A DNA stretch of 36,635 bases, taken from positions 1-36,635 of the IMG/VR virus record IMGVR_UViG_3300045988_061832; one strand, written 5' to 3'. Positions 22,327-30,547 of this stretch are shown here, piece after piece. This stretch comes from a virus. A model generated the notes under the pieces. The model saw only the letters and a program-made list of their open reading frames with translations. It did no database searches and was not told where the DNA came from. The stretch's first letter is position 1; each line of letters opens with the position of its first letter. A program made the position numbers and the translations under genes.

Positions 22327-23703
22327 GTGTTGCCATATGAGCAGACCAAAGGCAATGAGGCTATCGCAATGTACAACAAATCGGGGCGCACTGCACAGGA
22401 ATGGCAGGAGTTAATGCTTTATGACATCATGGCGGTGGACGATGAGGGATTGTGGAAGCACATGAAGTTCGGCTGGTCGATACCAAGACGTAACGGCAAG
22501 TCAGAGCTGCTTATCATGCGTGCGATCTATGGTCTGCAAAACGGCGAGCGTGTTCTTTACACCGCCCACCGAACTACAACATCACATTCGGCATGGGAGA
22601 AGATAATCGACCTTATTACAAAAATGGGCTTTCTTGAAAAAGAGGACTTCAAGACTACAAAACAGATGGGCTTGGAGCGTATACAATGGCTCAAAGGCGA
22701 CGGAATTATCAACTTCCGTACACGTTCCAGCAAAGGCGGACTTGGCGAGGGCTATGACCTGCTTATCATAGATGAAGCACAGGAATACACCACAGACCAA
22801 GAAACAGCCCTAAAATATACCGTCACAGACAGTCGCAACCCTCAGACGTTGATGTGTGGAACACCTCCAACGATGGTGTCTGCCGGCACAGTTTTCACAA
22901 AATACCGACAGAAGACGATATCAGGCAAAGGCGGTGACGACGGCTGGGCTGAATGGTCCGTGCCAAAGCTTACAAACGCACATGACCCTGAGCTGTGGTA
23001 TGCCACTAACCCGTCTTTAGGTACTATCCTCACGGAACGTAAGATACGCTCTGAGCTTGGCGACCCGAAAGACGACCAAGTGGACGATAACATTCAGCGT
23101 TTAGGATTGTGGCTGACCTATAATCAGAAGTCGGCTATAAGCAAGGGCGAGTGGCAGGCACTTTGTATTGCAGGCAAACCCGATATCAGCAGAGAACTGT
23201 TTTTCGGCATCAAGTACGCAAAGGTCACGGATAACGTATCTTTGGCTGTCGCCGCAAAGACAGCAGACGGCAAGATATTTGTCGAGGCTATCGACTGCCG
23301 CCCTGTAAGAGAGGGAAACGGCTGGATAATCGCATATCTGCGCAATCCACATATGCGTGAAACCGTCATTGACGGAGCAAACGGACAGTCTTTGCTTGCA
23401 TCGGATATGAAAAACGCAGGTATCAAGCGCAAGCCTATCCTGCCGAAAGTCGCTGATGTGATCACTTCGTCAGCAGGTTTTGAACGAGGGGTATTCGCAC
23501 AGAATATTTGTCACGCAGATCAGCCGTCCCTTGAACAGGTCATTGCCAACTGTGAACACAGAGCGATAAGCTCAGGCGGAGGTTTTGGCTATACCTCCAT
23601 TCTTGAAGGTGCTGACATATCACTGCTTGAGGCGGTGGTACTTGCTCACTGGGCGTGTGCAAATTCATCAGATAAGAAGAAAGTACAGAAAATAAGCTGG
23701 TAA
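22327..23703 (+). CDS. terL: Terminase large subunit
   Basis: Walker A PRRNGKS, Walker B DLLIIDEAQE, coupling motif CGTPPT, nuclease half downstream. The listed GTG has no SD. In-frame ATT at 22282 sits 9 nt after AAGGAGG and is a likelier start. Confidence 0.88.
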   Translation: MLPYEQTKGNEAIAMYNKSGRTAQEWQELMLYDIMAVDDEGLWKHMKFGWSIPRRNGKSELLIMRAIYGLQNGERVLYTAHRTTTSHSAWEKIIDLITKMGFLEKEDFKTTKQMGLERIQWLKGDGIINFRTRSSKGGLGEGYDLLIIDEAQEYTTDQETALKYTVTDSRNPQTLMCGTPPTMVSAGTVFTKYRQKTISGKGGDDGWAEWSVPKLTNAHDPELWYATNPSLGTILTERKIRSELGDPKDDQVDDNIQRLGLWLTYNQKSAISKGEWQALCIAGKPDISRELFFGIKYAKVTDNVSLAVAAKTADGKIFVEAIDCRPVREGNGWIIAYLRNPHMRETVIDGANGQSLLASDMKNAGIKRKPILPKVADVITSSAGFERGVFAQNICHADQPSLEQVIANCEHRAISSGGGFGYTSILEGADISLLEAVVLAHWACANSSDKKKVQKISW

Positions 23704-23756
23704 CAGTTTATTATATATCACCTACACCGCAGGGTAAAGCGGGGAAAGGAAACACT

Positions 23757-24209
23757 ATGGCAGAATTTGAAGCTATCACAACACAGGAAGCCTTTGACAA
23801 TGCGATAAAGGCAAGGCTTGACCGCAACACAGATACAGTCAAGAAGCAGTTTGAGGGATATATTTCCCCTGATGACTTCAAGACAAAGACAGCCGACCTT
23901 AACCGCAAGATCACCGACCTTACAGGCAAGCTTGCCGAAAAGGACACCGCTATTGCAGACCTTACGGCTAAGAACAAGGCATACGAGACCAGCTCGGTAA
24001 AAATGAGAATCGCCCACGAAAAAGGTATCCCTTATGAGCTTGCAAGCAAGCTTTCAGGAGACACAGAAGAAGCTATCAAGAAGGACGCTGAAACATTTGC
24101 AAAGTTTATCGGCAAGAAGCAAACAGCACCTCTTGGCAGCACAGAACATGATCACGCAGACGGCAAGAATGCGGCATATAAGTCGCTGCTTGCAAGTCTT
24201 ACAAAGTAA
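23757..24209 (+). CDS. Capsid scaffolding protein (DUF4355-like)
   Basis: 150 aa, helical and charged. N-terminus MAEFEAITTQEAFDNAIKARLDR. Immediately upstream of the major capsid gene. Confidence 0.75.
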   Translation: MAEFEAITTQEAFDNAIKARLDRNTDTVKKQFEGYISPDDFKTKTADLNRKITDLTGKLAEKDTAIADLTAKNKAYETSSVKMRIAHEKGIPYELASKLSGDTEEAIKKDAETFAKFIGKKQTAPLGSTEHDHADGKNAAYKSLLASLTK

Positions 24210-24227
24210 AGAAAGGAAGTAATATTT

Positions 24228-25124
24228 ATGCCAGACATTCTCTCAAAGGGCTCAAAGTTCGACCCTGTACTCGTTAAAGAACTTTTCAACAAGGTAAGGG
24301 GCAAGTCCTCATTGGCAGCTCTTTGTGGTCAGACACCTATCCCGTTCAATGGGCAGAAAGAGTTCATCTTCACAATGGATGATGAAGTTGATCTTGTTGC
24401 TGAAAACGGCAAAATGACAAGGGGTAGTGTTTCGCTTGACCCTGTTATAATCGTACCTGTAAAGATCGAATACGGCGCACGAATTTCAGACGAATTTCTC
24501 TATGCAGCTGAGGAAGAGCAGATAGAAACTCTGAGAAATTTCTCCGACGGCTTTGCGAAAAAGACTGCAAGAGGTCTTGACATTATGGCTTTTCACGGAG
24601 TTAATCCGAGAGCCAAGACAGCTTCTGCACTTATCGGTACAAATCACTTTGACAACGGCGTAACTGTGATAAAACAGGACAGCAAGACACCAAAGACACC
24701 CGACGCTCTTATTGAGGAGGCTATCGCCGCAGTGCAGGACAATGAGTATGACATCTCAGGTCTTACAATGGCACCGTCATTCAGAGCTGACCTTGCAAAA
24801 ATGGTGGACACAAGCGGCAGAAAGATATATCCTGAACTTGCGTGGGGCAATGCGCCGTCACAGATGAACGGCATTCAGACTGTAACAAACAATACAGTTT
24901 CATTCAATTCCAGCAAAGACCTTGCTATCGTGGGCGACTTTTCAACGTTCAAGTGGGGCTACTCAAAGGAAATTCCGCTTGAGATCATTGAATACGGCGA
25001 CCCTGACAATAGTGGACAGGATCTCAAGGGCTGCGGTCAGGTATACATCAGAGCCAAAGCATATATTGGCTGGGGTATCATGGACAAGTCCGCATTTGCT
25101 GTCATTCAGTCAGCTGCTGAATAA
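24228..25124 (+). CDS. Major capsid protein (HK97 fold, no delta domain)
   Basis: 298 aa. Called from position, size and a beta-rich composition typical of this family. SD AAGGAAG. Confidence 0.85.
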   Translation: MPDILSKGSKFDPVLVKELFNKVRGKSSLAALCGQTPIPFNGQKEFIFTMDDEVDLVAENGKMTRGSVSLDPVIIVPVKIEYGARISDEFLYAAEEEQIETLRNFSDGFAKKTARGLDIMAFHGVNPRAKTASALIGTNHFDNGVTVIKQDSKTPKTPDALIEEAIAAVQDNEYDISGLTMAPSFRADLAKMVDTSGRKIYPELAWGNAPSQMNGIQTVTNNTVSFNSSKDLAIVGDFSTFKWGYSKEIPLEIIEYGDPDNSGQDLKGCGQVYIRAKAYIGWGIMDKSAFAVIQSAAE

Positions 25125-25137
25125 GGGGGCGGCATAA

Positions 25138-25536
25138 ATGGCGGCAGAGTACGCAACTATCGAGGACGTTATAAGGCTCGGTCGAAAGCTCACGACTGAG
25201 GAGCAGGAAAAGGCGGCGGCTCTGCTGCCTGTCGCCTGCGCAAAGCTTTCAACTGCCTGCAAGAAGTATGGCAAAGATCTTGACATTATGATAGCTGATG
25301 AACCTGACGTTGAACTTGTGGCAAAAGATATCATAGTTCGTGCCACACTGAGAGCTGTTGACTCTATTGCGGACAGCTCTCCTGCGACTTCGCAGGCTTC
25401 ACAGTCGGCTATGGGCTATTCAGTATCAATGACCTATCTCAACGCAGGACAGCAACTGTATTTTCTCAGAAATGAACTGAAAGAACTGGGCGTTATGCGG
25501 CAGAGATACGGAGCTATGGAGGTATATGATGTATGA
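25138..25536 (+). CDS. Head-tail connector (gp6-like) protein
   Basis: 132 aa. The N-terminus YATIEDVIRLGRKLTTEEQEKAAALL is typical of connector/DNA-packaging proteins. Confidence 0.7.
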   Translation: MAAEYATIEDVIRLGRKLTTEEQEKAAALLPVACAKLSTACKKYGKDLDIMIADEPDVELVAKDIIVRATLRAVDSIADSSPATSQASQSAMGYSVSMTYLNAGQQLYFLRNELKELGVMRQRYGAMEVYDV

Positions 25537-25874
25537 GATTAAATATCAAAGGCATACCTGTCAAGCTGTCTGTAAAAACGCAGACAGGCATTGACGGCTT
25601 CAAAAGACCTATATACGAAACTTCGCAGGAAGTTGTCGAAAACGTGCTTGTGGGCGAGCCGTCCGCAGAGGACGTTGTGAACGAGATCAACCTATCAGGC
25701 AAACGCATAGCTTATGTGCTTGCTATCCCGAAAGGCGACACGCACATATGGGAGAATACAGAAGTCGAGTTCTGGGGAATGACGTTCAAAACTGTGGGTA
25801 TCCCTACGCAGGGCATTGACGATAATATCCCCTTAAAGTGGAACAAGAAAGTAAAGGTGGAGCGCTATGAGTAA
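25533..25874 (+). CDS. Head closure / head-tail adaptor protein
   Basis: 113 aa. ATGA-coupled. Called from its position between connector and tail genes. Confidence 0.6.
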   Translation: MRLNIKGIPVKLSVKTQTGIDGFKRPIYETSQEVVENVLVGEPSAEDVVNEINLSGKRIAYVLAIPKGDTHIWENTEVEFWGMTFKTVGIPTQGIDDNIPLKWNKKVKVERYE

Positions 25875-26124
25875 AGTTAAGATAGAGCTTGACCACAACG
25901 GCATTGCGGCTTTTCTTTGCTCTGAGCCTGTTGAAAGCATGGTCAAAGGCTATGCCGACAGAGCCGTTCAGAGGCTCGGCACGGGGCATAAAGCGTATAC
26001 TATCACATGGACAAGGTACCCGAAAATGCGCCGTAAGGTCGCTATCGTCAAGGCTAAAACCAAGAAGGCTCAGCGTGCTAATCTTAGAGATAACACACTT
26101 TTAAAGGCGGTGCTTGGCAAGTGA
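25867..26124 (+). CDS. Head-tail joining protein (small, basic)
   Basis: 85 aa, translationally coupled. Called from position only. Confidence 0.5.
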   Translation: MSKVKIELDHNGIAAFLCSEPVESMVKGYADRAVQRLGTGHKAYTITWTRYPKMRRKVAIVKAKTKKAQRANLRDNTLLKAVLGK

Positions 26125-26462
26125 TAGAGAAGATAATTCTTGACTGGCTGGGAGCAAAGCTTAACGTTTCGGCTTATCTTGAAGAACCTAAAAACCCACC
26201 AAAAGAGTATGTGCTTATCGACAAGCTAGGCTCGGCAGAGAATGATTTTATCACATCTGCCACCATAGCCGTTCAGAGCTACTCAGCGAGCCTATACGGG
26301 GCGGCAGAACTTAACGCAAAAGTTAAAAAGGCTATGTCTGAAAGCGTGTCACAGGGCGATATATGCCGCTGTGTATGCACATCAGACTACAACTACACAG
26401 ACACAGAAACAAAGCGATACCGCTATCAGGCGGTATTTGATATAACCTACTACGAGGAGTGA
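26121..26462 (+). CDS. Tail terminator / tail completion protein (DUF3168-like)
   Basis: 113 aa. GTG start overlapping the previous stop. Immediately upstream of the tail tube gene. Confidence 0.6.
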   Translation: MIEKIILDWLGAKLNVSAYLEEPKNPPKEYVLIDKLGSAENDFITSATIAVQSYSASLYGAAELNAKVKKAMSESVSQGDICRCVCTSDYNYTDTETKRYRYQAVFDITYYEE

Positions 26463-26469
26463 TAATACT

Positions 26470-27027
26470 ATGGCAAACAACAAAGATAACGTATCAACAG
26501 GCAAGCCAAAGGTAGGCGGAGCGGTTTTCACAGCGGCCGCAGGCTCAACCCTGCCGACAGATGCAACAACAGCACTTGACGAAGCGTTCAAGAGCTTGGG
26601 CTACTGTTCAGAGGACGGCGTTACAAACAGTTCGGGCATTTCTACTGAAAACATCAAAGCCTGGGGCGGAGATATCGTTGACACACCACAGACAGAAAAA
26701 ACGGACACTTTCAAGGTAAAGCTGATAGAATGTACCAATGTAGATGTGCTGAAAACTGTCTACAATGACAGCAATGTTTCAGGCGACCTTGACACGGGTC
26801 TGACGATCAAAGTCAACAGCGCAGAGCATGAAAATCAGGCGTTTGTATTCGATATGATACTGAAAAACAACATACTGAAAAGAGTGGTCGTTCCGTTCGG
26901 CAAGGTGACGGAGATATCTGACATCACCTACAAGGACAACGAGGCTATCGGCTATGAGCTGACTATCACAGCCACACCTGATGAAAACGGCAACACGCAC
27001 TATGAGTACATGAAAAAGGGGGAATAG
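26470..27027 (+). CDS. Major tail (tube) protein
   Basis: 185 aa. N-terminus GKPKVGGAVFTAAAGSTLPTDATTALDEAFKSLGY is typical of phi13-type tail proteins. Precedes the chaperone pair. Confidence 0.8.
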   Translation: MANNKDNVSTGKPKVGGAVFTAAAGSTLPTDATTALDEAFKSLGYCSEDGVTNSSGISTENIKAWGGDIVDTPQTEKTDTFKVKLIECTNVDVLKTVYNDSNVSGDLDTGLTIKVNSAEHENQAFVFDMILKNNILKRVVVPFGKVTEISDITYKDNEAIGYELTITATPDENGNTHYEYMKKGE

Positions 27028-27030
27028 CCT

Positions 27031-27291
27031 ATGCTGACAGGTAAGACAGAAAGCGGTTTTGAGTTTGAAATAGAGGAGAAGACCCTTGACGACTATGAGT
27101 TTATCGAAGCTGTCGGCAAGTGCGAGCAGGGTGACCCCCTTGCATATGTCAAGGTAGTTGACGCCGCTCTTGGAAGCAAGAAAGAAAAAGCTTTTGAGAA
27201 GATAAGAGAAAAGTGCGGCTATGTATCGGCTAAAGAGATAACAAAGCTTATCGTGGAGATCTTCCAGACACCTAAGACAAAAAACTCCTAG
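27031..27291 (+). CDS. Tail assembly chaperone, gpG-like
   Basis: 86 aa, acidic. Located between the tube and tape measure genes. Ends 2 codons after the slippery heptamer. Confidence 0.75.
   Translation: MLTGKTESGFEFEIEEKTLDDYEFIEAVGKCEQGDPLAYVKVVDAALGSKKEKAFEKIREKCGYVSAKEITKLIVEIFQTPKTKNS
27279..27285 (+). promoter_or_regulatory. Programmed -1 ribosomal frameshift slippery site A_AAA_AAC
   Basis: In the zero frame it reads aca-AAA-AAC-tcc-tag. The -1 frame is open from 27276 and continues into ORF 27306-27671. Confidence 0.7.
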
Positions 27292-27305
27292 TCCTTGCCG
27301 CTGTC

Positions 27306-27671
27306 ATGGAGCGCTATCCTGATGAGCTTGATTGCGATATGGCGCAGTATTATCACATATACGACTATAAGTCGCTGCCTGCACGAAAGGTGGCGACTTT
27401 TCTTTGTGGCCTTGACAGCAGTTCACGGGTCAAGCGCAAGCTCAACGGCGTTGGCGGTTCGTTCCCTGAAATACTGCTTGCACTGATATTTGACCGCCTG
27501 CAATGGCTTTGTTGGTCGCAGACGAAGGACGGACAAAGAGGTGTGAACAGACCGCAGTCCATAGCTGAAAAGCTTATAGGCAAGAATGACAGCGACAGCG
27601 AGATAACAGCGTTCCAAAGCGGCGAGGATTATGAGAAGGCAAGAAGAAAAATCTTAGGAAAGGAGGGCTAA
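27306..27671 (+). CDS. gpT-like part of the tail chaperone (Gp15-like), probably made as a G-T fusion by -1 frameshift from 27031
   Basis: 121-aa ORF in the -1 frame relative to 27031-27291. No SD of its own. DELDCDMAQYYHIYDY resembles the Gp15 family. Confidence 0.7.
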   Translation: MERYPDELDCDMAQYYHIYDYKSLPARKVATFLCGLDSSSRVKRKLNGVGGSFPEILLALIFDRLQWLCWSQTKDGQRGVNRPQSIAEKLIGKNDSDSEITAFQSGEDYEKARRKILGKEG

Positions 27672-27672
27672 C

Positions 27673-29778
27673 ATGGCAGAAGAAAACGGCACACAGCTGG
27701 GCAAAGCATATGTGCAGATAGTTCCGTCTATGCAAGGGCTTGCATCAGAGCTGAGAAGAGCGTTCGGGGATAGTATGCCCGATGGTCACAGGTTTGGAAG
27801 CTCTCTTGGCAGCAAGGTCGTTTCAGGTTTTGGAAGCACTATCAAAAAGGGCTTTGCACTTGCCGCAAAAGCTGGTATAGCAACTATATCGGCGGCAAGT
27901 GCAGGCATAGGCGCTATAGTCAAAAGCTCTGCGAGCGCATATGCGGACTATGAGCAGAACATAGGCGGCGTTGAAACACTTTTCAAGGACAACGCTGATA
28001 CTATCGTAAAGTACGCCAGTGAGGCATACAAGACCGCAGGAATATCGGCTAATGACTATATGCAGAACGTTACAAGCTTTTCTGCGTCACTTCTGCAAGG
28101 CTTGGGCGGTGATACAGCGCAGGCGGCTGAGATAGCCAATGAAGCAATGGTGGATATGTCGGACAATGCCAATAAAATGGGTACTGACATATCTTCTATC
28201 CAGAACGCTTATCAGGGCTTTGCAAAGCAGAACTATACCATGCTCGATAACTTAAAGCTGGGCTATGGCGGTACACAGGCGGAAATGGCAAGGCTCATCA
28301 ACGATTCAGGCGTGCTTGGGGATTCGATAAAGGTCGATGAAAAAACCGTCAACAGCGTGTCATTTGACAAAATGATAGAGGCTATCCACAAGGTACAGAC
28401 CGACCTTGACATCACCGGTACAACTTCCAAAGAAGCGGCAACAACAGTTTCCGGTTCTCTTGGTTCTGTGAAAGCAGCATGGGCAAACCTTATGGCAGGA
28501 ATGGGCGACAAAAACGCTGACCTGAAAAATCTTATCAAAGAAATGGTAAGTACAGTAAAGACCTTTGCAAAGAACATTATGCCTGTCATAAAGCAGGCTC
28601 TTTCAGGGGTCACAACGCTCATAAGTGAGCTTGCACCTGACATAGCAGCCGAGCTTCCACAGCTTGTGAGCGACCTGCTCCCACAGATCATAGAAGCAGG
28701 CACACAGATATTTCAGGCACTTGTAAAAGGTATTTCCGATAATATCGGTACGATAACGCAGGCGGCCATAACAGCCATTACAACTATCGCAACAGCTCTT
28801 ATACAGAACACAGGTCCTCTTGTACAGTCGTTGGCAACGATCATAACCACTATAGCACAGGCTTTGCCGACGATTTTACCAGACCTTATCAATGCTATTG
28901 TTGAACAGATACCCACGGTTATACAGGCTGTTATAGATTGTATGCCTGCAATAATTGACGGAACGATTCAGATAGTGACTGCTATTGCAGAAGCACTTGT
29001 GGATAACATAGACCTTATTATAGACGGCGCAGTGCAGATAATAGATGCACTTGCAATGTCGCTTTCCGACAGTGATACGGCGGCAAAGCTTGCTCAATCG
29101 GCACTTGAAATCATCGGCACGCTTACAATGGAACTCCTGAAAAATCTCCCTGACATCCTTGCCGACGGCATACTTATAGCGGTCGAGCTCATCAAGGGCA
29201 TTGCACAAGGTATGGTGGACTACTTCGCACCTGTTTCAGACGCTTTGTCTGATATGCTTATCGACCTTACAGACTGGTTTTCACGCAAGTGGAACGACTT
29301 CAAAGAATGGGGTTCAGATATGATACAGGCGTTTATAGACGGCATAAAAGAGAAGTGGCAGAGCCTTAAAGATACTGTATGTGACGTAGCCTCAAGCGTT
29401 AAGGACTTTCTCGGCTTTTCCGAACCTGACAAGGGCCCTCTTTCAAACTTCCACACTTTTGCACCTGATATGATGGACCTTTTTGCAAAGGGTATAGCAG
29501 ACAACGAGGACACTATCACCATGCAGTTCAACAGGTCACTGCAGCCGCTTATGGATACGGATGTCATACCGCCAAGCTTTTCGGCACTTCCTGAAAAGAG
29601 CGTGAATAACGGCGGTAATGATACAATGAACAAGATCATCGCCCTCCTAGAAACCTACTTTCCACAGCTTGCGCAGCAAGGAAACATTTATCTTGACGGC
29701 GACAAGCTCACGTCAAAGGTGGACGGAAAACTAGGTGAGAGGGTCACAAGCAGTGAAAGGAGGCTTGCAAGTGTCTAA
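27673..29778 (+). CDS. Tail tape measure protein
   Basis: 701 aa. Ala/Ile-rich helical repeats. Conserved core GGVETLFKDNADTIVKYASEAYKTAGISANDYMQNV. Confidence 0.9.
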   Translation: MAEENGTQLGKAYVQIVPSMQGLASELRRAFGDSMPDGHRFGSSLGSKVVSGFGSTIKKGFALAAKAGIATISAASAGIGAIVKSSASAYADYEQNIGGVETLFKDNADTIVKYASEAYKTAGISANDYMQNVTSFSASLLQGLGGDTAQAAEIANEAMVDMSDNANKMGTDISSIQNAYQGFAKQNYTMLDNLKLGYGGTQAEMARLINDSGVLGDSIKVDEKTVNSVSFDKMIEAIHKVQTDLDITGTTSKEAATTVSGSLGSVKAAWANLMAGMGDKNADLKNLIKEMVSTVKTFAKNIMPVIKQALSGVTTLISELAPDIAAELPQLVSDLLPQIIEAGTQIFQALVKGISDNIGTITQAAITAITTIATALIQNTGPLVQSLATIITTIAQALPTILPDLINAIVEQIPTVIQAVIDCMPAIIDGTIQIVTAIAEALVDNIDLIIDGAVQIIDALAMSLSDSDTAAKLAQSALEIIGTLTMELLKNLPDILADGILIAVELIKGIAQGMVDYFAPVSDALSDMLIDLTDWFSRKWNDFKEWGSDMIQAFIDGIKEKWQSLKDTVCDVASSVKDFLGFSEPDKGPLSNFHTFAPDMMDLFAKGIADNEDTITMQFNRSLQPLMDTDVIPPSFSALPEKSVNNGGNDTMNKIIALLETYFPQLAQQGNIYLDGDKLTSKVDGKLGERVTSSERRLASV

Positions 29779-30547
29779 TGAATACATAGAGTTTGGCGGC
29801 AAGAAGTCCACCGATTTCTATTTGGTTATCCAAAAGGACGGCGTTCAGATATCTCAGCCAGAGGAAAACAGGATAGAAGCCACTTTACCGTTTATGAACG
29901 GCTTTTATGACTTTTCCAAAATGGCAGGCGAAAGGACGTACAAACAGCGTGATATCACGATAAAATTCAGCCTTTCTGCAAAAGATGAAAACGAACTTTA
30001 TCGCAGAAAATGTGATGTTGTCCGCTGGCTCAGCGGTGCAAAGGACGAGTTGAGGATAAGCTTTCTGACAGACTATCACTTTGTTGGAGCAACGGCTGTG
30101 TTTGATACCTCCGCATTTGAGTTCACTTCACGGCGTACCGCTAATCTGACAGTGAACTTCAAAACGTATCCTTTCCTGCGTTCTGACGATTACTCAGATA
30201 TCGGATTTGACGATTTCAGTTTTGAAAGTGACTATCTGAATTTGACGGATATATCACTGACAGCGGTCAAACAGACACGATACGCACCTCCTGCGACCTT
30301 GAAAATCTACTCATATGCTGATAGACCCATACGCCCACGCCTTTCTTACAAGCGCTCAAAGGACGATGCAAAGAGTGTGGGGTTCACCTATTTTGCGCTC
30401 AATGACAAAGAGATAAGTGCAAGCGTATACCGCAACACGGAGAAAGAATTTGACCTTGACGAGCTGACTTTACAGCCTGGTGTGAATACTCTTGCGGCTT
30501 ATGGCTTCGGTACACTCACGCTCAAACTTTATGAGGAGGCACTCTGA
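29771..30547 (+). CDS. Distal tail protein (Dit)
   Basis: GTG start 29771 after GAAAGGAGG. VSNEYIEFGGKKSTDFYLVI is typical of siphovirus tail components. Confidence 0.75.
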   Translation: MSNEYIEFGGKKSTDFYLVIQKDGVQISQPEENRIEATLPFMNGFYDFSKMAGERTYKQRDITIKFSLSAKDENELYRRKCDVVRWLSGAKDELRISFLTDYHFVGATAVFDTSAFEFTSRRTANLTVNFKTYPFLRSDDYSDIGFDDFSFESDYLNLTDISLTAVKQTRYAPPATLKIYSYADRPIRPRLSYKRSKDDAKSVGFTYFALNDKEISASVYRNTEKEFDLDELTLQPGVNTLAAYGFGTLTLKLYEEAL

